A DNA stretch of 64,000 nucleotides. It comes from Chloroflexota bacterium (GTDB taxonomy: Bacteria; Chloroflexota; UBA11872; VXNJ01). Below the pieces are notes generated by a model. That model was not told where the DNA came from. It was given only the letters and a program-made list of their open reading frames with translations, and did not search any database. The translations under genes and the position numbers were made by a program. The stretch lies in assembly GCA_965261345.1 (NCBI GenBank), contig OZ253449.1:928001-992000 (forward strand), read 5' to 3'. The first letter of the stretch is position 1; each line of letters opens with the position of its first letter. Below, one piece after another: positions 9,398 to 17,238 of the stretch.

Positions 9398-9810
9398 GCG
9401 CTGACATCATCGATGAAAGCGATTGCGTCTTTCGGCTGTTGATTCCTGACTGGGTCATTAAGGGAAGGGTAAGTAGCGCGGCATTCAATTGCCGGATACC
9501 TGTATCCATGTTCGTAAAACAGAAGTTGCCTGGCCATGATGGTCAAGTGCTCCACAAAGGGAAGTTCACGGACTGGGGGCGGGCACGGTTAATGGTCAAG
9601 AACCTACGGTCAGTAACCCGGCGTTCAGACGGGAATCTTTACGGCTTAGATGTAAAGCCGCAGCGACCCGCTCTACCGCCGTTGGAAGAATTCAGCGATG
9701 CGCATGTAGTCCTTGTCGGGCCATACAACAACAGAAAGGCTGCGCAAGCGTTGGCCATTGAGTGGAACGAGGAAGGGAAGATCGAAAAATTTCCTTTAAA
9801 AGGGAATTAG
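9394..9810 (+). CDS. Hypothetical protein, possible ART/RES-like fold
   Basis: VFR...SSAAF...VSM...HVVLVG, an R-S-H spacing; translationally coupled to the upstream gene. Confidence 0.55.
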   Translation: MSADIIDESDCVFRLLIPDWVIKGRVSSAAFNCRIPVSMFVKQKLPGHDGQVLHKGKFTDWGRARLMVKNLRSVTRRSDGNLYGLDVKPQRPALPPLEEFSDAHVVLVGPYNNRKAAQALAIEWNEEGKIEKFPLKGN

Positions 9811-10412
9811 ATTCTGATTCCAGTGTGTTGGCTTCGGGTCACCAACCCACCCTCCGTAGGGTGTACATTCCATGGTCAATGCGGTCGGGTGTTGCGCCAG
9901 TGGTTCAACGGTAATGCAACCGTTTGTGCCCACGAACGTCCTTTCCTCATTGAATCTGCCGATCGGAAACGAACTCGGGCTTGCCGTCGGCCTCTCTATT
10001 GCCACGACACGGCGGACTCCCGGTGGCAATATGACGCCAATTCCATGCCGCCGTGTAAATTGCAGATTGGTGGCGCTGGGATGCCTGGGTGAATTTCGGG
10101 CGAAGGAATTACCTCGTCCAGATTTGCAGGCAGTTTCATCGCGAAGTCAGCCATTGCCTTTAGTGCCAAGTGCGGAGGAGGCCAGCGGGGCCAGAGGGGG
10201 TTTTAGGGAGATCGAAGAAAGGCTCGCGGGCTGGTCCGCGCCCAATTTCCGTATCGACCCTGCCGAAGCCACGGCCGCGACGATGTTGGGTCAGTGTCCG
10301 GCACGCCTGCGCCGACGCGCTTTGCTCCGACAAAAGCCCTCCCAGGGATGGCTCTGCCAGGGACCCTGCCGCGGCGCACGGGTGCCCGGGGCGATCGGGC
10401 GAGCGGCGACCG

Positions 10413-10501
10413 CTACTCGGCGGGGCTCGCCTCCACGTGCCATTCTTCGCCAAGCCGGACCATGACGTTTAGGATCACCAGCAACTTGCGCGTACAAAGC
10501 C
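10413..10501 (-). pseudogene. C-terminal remnant of an IS110-family transposase
   Basis: Translates as CTRKLLVILNVMVRLGEEWHVEASPAE*, matching the IS110 C-terminal RKLL...M...G..W pattern; cut at the neighbouring IR. Confidence 0.65.
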
Positions 10502-12236
10502 TGATCAACGACTTTTAGATTTCCGGTCGCATTGACTCATTGTTTTTGTAACCCAAACAGGGCCGTTGCCTCACAAGATTTGTAACCCAAATCTCTACGG
10601 AGGCAACCGATGGCAGGAAAGAAGCTGAGCCGGGCGGTGCGGAAGGAGCTGCTAGCGGCCTTAAGGGGCCGCTATGCGCGGGCGTCCAAGATCGAGAAGG
10701 GCGCGATTCTGGACGAATTCGTAGCCCTTAGCGGCTACAACCGCAAATACGAAACCCGATTGCTGGGCAATGCTGCAAGCCCTGATCCGGTACCGCCCAC
10801 CAAGTCCACATACCGCATCTACGACGAGGCCGTCAGGGAGTCCCTGATCGTCCTCTGGGAAGCAGCCGATCGGATCTGTGGCAAACGATTGAATGCGATC
10901 CTGCCGAACATGATCGAATCACTGGAAGGGTATGGCCACCTGCAGCTTGATCCGGATGTACGCAGCAAGCTGCTCTCAATCAGCCCGGCATCGATCGATC
11001 GGATGCTCAAACCAGTGCGCAAGACCGCCGGCAGCAGTCGCAGGCGTAATCCCCGCCGCCGCAATCGTCATCACGCCAAAGTCCCGATCAGGACGTTCGC
11101 CGATTGGCATGGCCCCGATCCCGGTTATCTGGAAATAGACCTGGTGGCCCACTGCGGTGGCAACATGGCCGGGAGCTTCATCCAGACTCTGTCAGTTACC
11201 GACGTTGCCTCGGGCTGGGTTGAAGCAGTCCCGCTGCTAGCCCGCGAGCAGACGCTGGTGACTGGGGCGCTTGAGGTTATAGCCGGGCGGGTACCGATTC
11301 CAGTGCTCGGCATTGACTCGGATAACGACAGCGCCTTCATCTCCCAGACCTTGATCGATTACTGCCGACAGCGCGGGGACCCAAGTTCACCCGCTCACGC
11401 GCGTATCGCTCCAACGATCAGGCCTTCATCGAGCAGAAGAACGGGGCCGTTATACGCCGCTTCGCCGGTTACGAACGCTTTGCCGGCTTCATCGCCGGAC
11501 AGACCCTGGCCCGACTCTTTGCCTTAGTCGGTCTCTACACCAATTTCTTCCAACCGTCTTTCAAACTGATCTCCAAGCAGCGCTATGGAGCCAGAACTCT
11601 AAAGCGCTACGACCGTCCGCTAACTCCCTGCCAGCAACTGCTTGATCATCCCGCTGTTGCCGAAAAGGTTAAGGAGCGGTTGCGCGCTACGCGCTTGCAA
11701 CTGGATCCGCTATTGCTCCTTAGCGAGATCCGAGCGGCCCAGTCGGCCCTGGCCACATTGGCATCGCCCGAGGAAAGAAGCAAGGTGCAAAGGGAAGACC
11801 TGTCACAATTCCTGGCCAAGCTCTCTCATCTCTGGCGCGAGGGCGATGCCAATCCGACGCGCCGTCCCAAACGAAAGCGCCGCAGGTGGTGGCGGACTTG
11901 CCCCGACCCCCTAGAGCATGTCTGGCCCGATGTACTTACCTACCTGCAGGATCATCCCGACGCCAGCGGCATGCAGATCTTGAAAGTGCTCATGCGTGAT
12001 CACCCCGACGCCGTCGGGCCCAAATAGCTGCGGACGTTGCAGCGAAGGCTCAAGCAATGGCGGTCGGTGATGGCCAAAGAGCTCGTCTACGGAGTCGTAA
12101 ACGGTGCTGATGGTGCGGTTGAAAATGCCGAAATCGTACGTGTAAACGCACCGATTGGGGCCAGATAAATGGTCCGCAATTTCGATTACATTTTTAGATG
12201 AGGCAACGGGACGGCAAATCTAAAAGTCGTTGATCA
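10502..12236 (+). mobile_element. 1735-bp insertion sequence (DDE/rve, ISNCY-like) with perfect 21-bp terminal IRs
   Basis: TGATCAACGACTTTTAGATTT at 10502-10522 and its reverse complement at 12216-12236; TG...CA ends; subterminal TTGCCTCA-N8/9-TGTAA repeats. Confidence 0.88.
10610..12168 (+). pseudogene. Integrase-core (DDE) transposase, inactivated
   Basis: YLEIDLVAHCG, IDSDNDSAF, then a frameshift at about 11380 into FTRSRAYRSNDQAFIEQKN; internal TAG at 12025-12027 followed by LRTLQRR. Confidence 0.85.
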
Positions 12237-12468
12237 CTGGGCCTTCCAGCGGTAATAGGTCGAGTGATGGATCCCCATCACCCGGCAGGCGGCCCTTACA
12301 CTGCCGATTTCCCTGGCCAATGCCAGAGTGCGCAGGCGGTAGCGGTATATCGTGTCCTCGGGGGTCACAGCGGGAATCCTTAGCTGCGTGTGGTAACACA
12401 GCAGGATGCCTTAAGTGACCCCTACGAAATTAGGCGCGCACCTGTCGCAGGTACTCGGAAATAGGACA
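12237..12468 (-). mobile_element. Left-end remnant of an IS481-like element
   Basis: End TGTCCTATTTCC... at 12468. An ORF from GTG 12368 reads MTPEDTIYRYRLRTLALAREIGSVRAACRVMGIHHSTYYRWKAQ (HTH) and is cut exactly at 12237. Confidence 0.7.
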
Positions 12469-13112
12469 CTCTAATGCCCAGTTCGCGCATCAGGCGCTCT
12501 ACCCGCTTGCGCGAGCAGGAGATTCCCTCCTCGGCCCGCAGCTCGGCATGCACCCGCGGCGATCCGTAAATGCGCCCCGAGCGCTCCCCGCCCGCGGCGA
12601 TCTTCTCCTTGAGGGACCTGTCCCGGCGCCGACGCTCGGACGGCGTACGCTCGCGCCAGGCGTAGAAGCCGGAGCGCGAAACGCCGAGCAGGCGGCACAG
12701 GATTGCGATCGGGTGCTGCAGGTGAAGGGATTTGATGAACTGGAACCTCATTTCGGGTCCCCTTCCCGCACAAAAAAAGTCACCGCCTTCTTTAAGATAG
12801 CGCGCTCCTGGCGCAGGATCCGGTTCTCTCTTCTGAGCCGCTGCAGCTCCTTAGCGCTCGGAGGTTGTCAGGCCTTCGGCCCGGCCTTCGTCGATGTCGG
12901 CCTGCTTTAGCTAAGTGGCTCAGGGTCGGATCGGAAACGCCCAGTTCACGGGCGATCTGGGTGCGCGCGCGGTCGCTGGACCTGGCCAGGCGCACCGCTT
13001 CTTCCCGGAACTCGTCCGGGTACGGAGGTCTTGTCTTTCCCAATTTGGATTTCGCTTGTGATTTGCAGATGGTATCGGGATGATACGTGTCCACCAAATC
13101 GGGAGAATTCCA
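12469..13112 (-). mobile_element. IS3-family element, truncated remnant
   Basis: Left IR TGGAATTCTCCCGATTTGGTGGACAC (13112-13087); orfA YPDEFREEAVRL...IARELGVS with frameshifts; orfB LCRLLGVSRSGFYAW...YGSPRV...RKRVERLMRELGI, cut at 12469. Confidence 0.9.
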
Positions 13113-13167
13113 GTCTGGCGTGGCATACCTAGTCAGTCACCTGTAGCCAACCCGTCTCCTCTCGTCA

Positions 13168-13563
13168 CTATGGGATCGACGGATTGCTGGAAATTGCCGC
13201 GAATGTCTGGTCAAAGGTCTTGATCTCCCGGACACCTCGCCGTCGGCAACTGGCCAGATGACAAAGATCCCGGGCTTGCAATTCAAGGTATTCCTCATGG
13301 AGCCGCCGGGCCAGAGCCACATCCGCCTCTTCCAGCGGCCAAACCTCAACAGCGGCACTCGCTATCAACTCTAGCGTCGCATCGAGGGTGTGCAGCCTTC
13401 CGGTGGGCAAGTATGCATGGGCCAGTTCCTGCATGACCTCTGCTGAAGTGCACAGTGGCGCGCCACTCCGGTTGGCTTCAACGAAGAAGCGTTGGGCGGG
13501 CGTCTGGAGTGCGTGAGGGCGACCTACCGCGTACATGAACACGTTGGTGTCAACGAAAATCAC
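13168..13563 (-). CDS. vapC: PIN-domain toxin
   Basis: IFVDTNVFMY...SAEVMQE...RDLCH...IKTFD; the GTG start overlaps the antitoxin stop (GTGA). Confidence 0.92.
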   Translation of the reverse strand: MIFVDTNVFMYAVGRPHALQTPAQRFFVEANRSGAPLCTSAEVMQELAHAYLPTGRLHTLDATLELIASAAVEVWPLEEADVALARRLHEEYLELQARDLCHLASCRRRGVREIKTFDQTFAAISSNPSIP

Positions 13564-13835
13564 GTTACGGCAACGCCTCGTCCACGCGACTCGCTGATGA
13601 CTCGCAAGTGCTCGCTCCAGTCTGGCTCCGTCTCCGGACCTTCTAGCGTGGCGCATGACCTGAAGAACTCCTCGACGTCTTCCGGGGACCCGAACAGCTT
13701 GACGCTCTGGAGCGTTTCGAGGCGCTCTCGGGCGGCTGCCCGCAGCCACGCGCTGAGGGATATTCCCTCCCGTCGTGCCTCGTGAACGAAGCGATCTCGG
13801 TCATCGTCCGGCATCACCAACTGCACTCTGGCCAT
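13560..13835 (-). CDS. vapB: Antitoxin, RHH/CopG-like
   Basis: MARVQLVMPD...ARREGISLSAWLR, directly upstream of the PIN toxin; RBS GGAGG. Confidence 0.85.
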   Translation of the reverse strand: MARVQLVMPDDDRDRFVHEARREGISLSAWLRAAARERLETLQSVKLFGSPEDVEEFFRSCATLEGPETEPDWSEHLRVISESRGRGVAVT

Positions 13836-13856
13836 ATCGTCCTCCAGTCGAGTTAG

Positions 13857-13887
13857 AGCATGTGTGTAATATCGTTACACACATGCT
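13857..13887. promoter_or_regulatory. Probable vapBC operator
   Basis: AGCATGTGTGTAA-N5-TTACACACATGCT inverted repeat 21 nt upstream of the antitoxin start, next to a TTGACT -35-like hexamer on the minus strand. Confidence 0.75.
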
Positions 13888-14071
13888 TGCCCGAAGTCAA
13901 GCGTTTGGACTCGTTCGGCTGCATGGTACTTATGGGTGGGAAAAGGGCATCCAGGCCGGGGGCACAACGCTAAGCACTCGGCACATGGAGCAGACCGGAT
14001 GAGGCGGGACTCGTTCGCTATGCCTATCGGCCCTTCGATAACCGCCGGCTCTACGGGGAAACTGACTATAC

Positions 14072-14509
14072 CTAGTAGCTGGCACTTCCCGCCTTGCCGG
14101 GCCGTCCCACTGAGCCAGTGATGGCGGCGCACATTAAGGCGAGCCCCGACGGGAGGTAGAACAAGCCTATCGACAAGATCCCCACGGCGCAGAACGCCAG
14201 GAAGGTCAACGCGGCCGTCCACAGGAGGACTTTGCGCCTTAGCTGGCCAGCATCGGTCAAGGGGATGACTAACAGCACCAGACCTGTTATCAGAACGGGC
14301 AGCAGCAGCAGCCAGATAACCCCCAGACCGTTCTGTTCCACCAGCGTGGCGGTGTGTCGCGTGGCGTTGCTTTCAACCCCGCCGGGCACTGTCGGAGTTA
14401 CCGAGACACCTTGGTAAGCGGGGCCGAATGCGAGCCAAAATCCGGCGCACCAGGTCAAAAGGTGGGCTGCACACGCCGATCCGGCCGTGATGTCCATGCG
14501 CTTAAGCAT
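14072..14509 (-). CDS. Hypothetical membrane protein
   Basis: 145 aa, about 4 hydrophobic segments, RBS GGAGG. Confidence 0.75.
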   Translation of the reverse strand: MLKRMDITAGSACAAHLLTWCAGFWLAFGPAYQGVSVTPTVPGGVESNATRHTATLVEQNGLGVIWLLLLPVLITGLVLLVIPLTDAGQLRRKVLLWTAALTFLAFCAVGILSIGLFYLPSGLALMCAAITGSVGRPGKAGSASY

Positions 14510-14582
14510 CTATTGGCCTCCACATTGCCGCCCGCGTCATCGCTGTGAACGGTTGTTGTTACGGGCGAGAGACACGACTTGC

Positions 14583-15469
14583 TCACTCGCTGCCGCCCTG
14601 GAACTTCTCCGGTGCGTTGGTGGTGTCGCTGATCAGGTACGTTGACGCGTCGAGGGTCGTGGGCAACGCCTCCAGGTCCGGGTTGCTCAGTATCGCCTCG
14701 ACGCACTCCCGGCTGCCGCCAACGTAGGTGTCGCACAGGTCGATGTCCGTTGCCACGCACCAGGCCCGGTCCTCCGGCCACCAGATGTTCGGCGAGTTGC
14801 TCCAGACGTTCCCGCGAGGCCAATCTGTTGCGAGAAAAGCCATGATGGCGTCGATAGGACCGCGGAACAGCAGGTGGTCTCGGTGCGGTGCTCTCACACG
14901 AGAAACGGCCTTGTAGAGGCGCGAGTCGATGTTGCCCCAGCCTTCCCATAAGCAGAAGTAGCAGCTGTCGGGGGTTGTGGTGAAGACCCTGAGCGTTTCG
15001 ACCAGGGTACGGCACTCCGCCTCCGGGATCGACCCGACCGTCGGATGCGAACTCCATAGCGGGTCTGGTACATTGACGTGAGGGCCTTCGGGTAGACCTG
15101 CGACCCGCTGGAACTGCATCAGGGGATGGACGGTCCGTCCCGTCCACGAAGCCACCGTGGACCATCTGACCGGCTGTTCCTCGTCGTCGTTCAGGTAAGC
15201 GGGATGGAACACGCGGGCGTACGCCGCAAACCCGCTCGGCAGCAAGGAACGCACCGTCGAGAAGTCCGAGTCGACATGCACTCCTCCACCCACCTGGCCT
15301 CCGACACGTCCTCGGAGAACTCCACGCCATCGGGCGCAAGCTTGGTCTGCCGGATAGGAACGCCCCCTCCGGTGGAGAGCATCGCAATGCTGGCCATGCC
15401 GGAGCCCCGCCTACGCAGCACCAAGCGCGACAGCAGCCTGCGAAACCACGACCTCCTGACGTGCTTCAT
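14583..15469 (-). pseudogene. Conserved hypothetical protein, apparently frameshifted near 15275
   Basis: The N-terminal frame (DVSEARWVEECMS) and the C-terminal frame (DFSTVRSLLPSGFAAYARVFHP...SPNIWWPEDRAWCVATDID) join across one shift. Confidence 0.55.
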
Positions 15470-15571
15470 CTCAATTCCACGTCCACCTGCGCGCCATCTC
15501 CGGCCATCGCAGGCCGAGGATTACACGTCCAGCCTGAACTTCATGGTGAAGGTTCTTGATTTTGTCAAGTC

Positions 15572-15659
15572 TGGTGGGCCGGGCAGGATTCGAACCTGCG
15601 TAGCCATTCAAGGCGCCAGATTTACAGTCTGGTGGTATTAGCCGCTCACCCACCGACCC
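15572..15659 (-). tRNA. tRNA-Tyr(GTA)
   Basis: GGGTCGG...CCAGACTGTAAATCTGG, long variable arm, GGTTCGAATCC...CCGGCCCACCA. Confidence 0.97.
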
Positions 15660-15730
15660 GCCGCCGCGTCAAGGCGCAGCAGGGCAGAGTTTAGCAAGAA
15701 CCTTTTGTCCTGCTATCGCTTAATTGGGGT

Positions 15731-16447
15731 ATGGATCAGGTAACTGAGCTCGCATATTTTCTGGGCGATCAATTTCAGCGCCTGCACTGGGGCGCGCTGG
15801 CCGTGACCGTGGCTGCCGCCCTGCTTTGGACGCGATTGGTCTCCTCGCCGCAGCTCTCTGGAATCGGATTCTGGCTGGCGATTGGCGGGGGCGCGGCCAC
15901 CGGTGCAATCTCGACGCTCTGGGTCCAGCCCAATGTCACCCAAGCGGTGGGCGACATTGCCGCCAGCAGCGAAACCATCGCCCCCCAAGGCGCCCATCTC
16001 GTCCAAATCGCAGTGGTTGCCCTGGATCTGGTGCTGGTCCTGGCGGTGTTGGTGTTGGTGATCGTCCTGGCCCAAGTGCGCTTGACCCCCGGTCCGGTGC
16101 GGTCGGTTTCGCAGGGCTTTGGGATCGGCTACTCTGGCCATTTTCTCCAGCAGCGGCTACCTGGCGATTTTGCCGCTGGAATCTCATCCGAACTGATCGC
16201 GCCAATCGCGGTCGGCGGCATGTTGGTGGCCATCGCCATGGCGACTGCCATGCTGCTTGGTCACGCTCGTCTCACCGGCGGTTATCCGGGCCGCTTGTTA
16301 CAGGCGATCGCAATCAGCCTGGCCGGCCGCTACATCCTCGACCTGGAAGATCCTAGCTGGCAGGCCGCCGGACTGGGCCTGCTGGGTCTGGTGGCGCTTT
16401 TTTATGCTTCGGCGACTACCCAGACACGGCCGCGAACACGCTATTGA
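15731..16447 (+). CDS. Hypothetical multi-pass membrane protein
   Basis: 238 aa, many hydrophobic helices. Confidence 0.65.
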   Translation: MDQVTELAYFLGDQFQRLHWGALAVTVAAALLWTRLVSSPQLSGIGFWLAIGGGAATGAISTLWVQPNVTQAVGDIAASSETIAPQGAHLVQIAVVALDLVLVLAVLVLVIVLAQVRLTPGPVRSVSQGFGIGYSGHFLQQRLPGDFAAGISSELIAPIAVGGMLVAIAMATAMLLGHARLTGGYPGRLLQAIAISLAGRYILDLEDPSWQAAGLGLLGLVALFYASATTQTRPRTRY

Positions 16448-17205
16448 ACTCCCTGGGCAATCGTTATCAATTGCCCGAAGATTTGCGCCGCTAGCGAGGC
16501 GCCCCCCACCAGGGCGCCGTCGATGTCTTCCTGGACCGCGATTTCCGCCCAGTTGTCCGGGTTCACGCTTCCGCCGTAGAGCACGCGCAGGTCGGCGGCA
16601 GCGGAACCGAAGCGCTCAGATATCCAACCCCGCACCGTGCCGGCGGCGGCCCCGGCCTGGTCAGGGGAGGCGGTATGGCCGGTCCCGATCGCCCATACCG
16701 GTTCATAGGCGATGCTCAGGCGCCCGATTTGCGATTGGTCGACCGACCGCAGGCCAAGCTGCAGCTGCTCCCTAATCACACCGTCGGTGGCATCGGCCTG
16801 GCGTTGATCTAAGGTCTCGCCGACGCAGAGCATGACATCCAGGGAGGTTGCCAATGCCGTTGCCACCTTGGCACCGATCAGTTCCGAGGATTCGCCATAT
16901 ACGTGACGGCGTTCGGAATGCCCCAGCAGCACCAAGCTGCAGATTTCGGCCAGCATTGCCGCCGAAACCTCGCCGGTAAAGGCCCCGGCCGCAAGTTCGT
17001 GGGCGTTCTGTGCGCCCAGTCGGACCGGCCCGCCGGCCAGTGCTGAAGCGGTGGCCGGCAGCGAGACAAAGGACGCAAACAGGGCCACGTCAACACCTGG
17101 GTTGGCGCGGGCAAGAGGATTGACCTGGGCAGCCAGCTTGGCGGCCGCGGCCGGACCGAGATTCATCTTCCAGTTGCCGGCAACTAACAGCTTGCGCGAT
17201 TTCAT
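16441..17205 (-). CDS. tpiA: Triosephosphate isomerase
   Basis: AGNWKMN, GHSERR, AYEPVWAIGTG, LYGGSV, GALVGGASL. Confidence 0.98.
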   Translation of the reverse strand: MKSRKLLVAGNWKMNLGPAAAAKLAAQVNPLARANPGVDVALFASFVSLPATASALAGGPVRLGAQNAHELAAGAFTGEVSAAMLAEICSLVLLGHSERRHVYGESSELIGAKVATALATSLDVMLCVGETLDQRQADATDGVIREQLQLGLRSVDQSQIGRLSIAYEPVWAIGTGHTASPDQAGAAAGTVRGWISERFGSAAADLRVLYGGSVNPDNWAEIAVQEDIDGALVGGASLAAQIFGQLITIAQGVQ

Positions 17206-17238
17206 ATGCACCCCATGTCGGCAGATTGGCGCAAGCGG

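Noticed and set aside
9796-10092. Short ORFs on both strands after the three-gene block
   Set aside because: No family recognised; perhaps a gene remnant.
13564-13749. Long N-terminal extension of VapC in the ORF track
   Set aside because: Overlaps the antitoxin; the PIN domain begins at GTG 13563.
13137-15469. Integron cassette array (co-oriented small genes including a TA pair)
   Set aside because: No convincing attC sites and no intI gene.
1016-15571. attL/attR duplication of the tRNA-Tyr 3' end, or a prophage
   Set aside because: No second copy found by eye; no integrase or phage genes.
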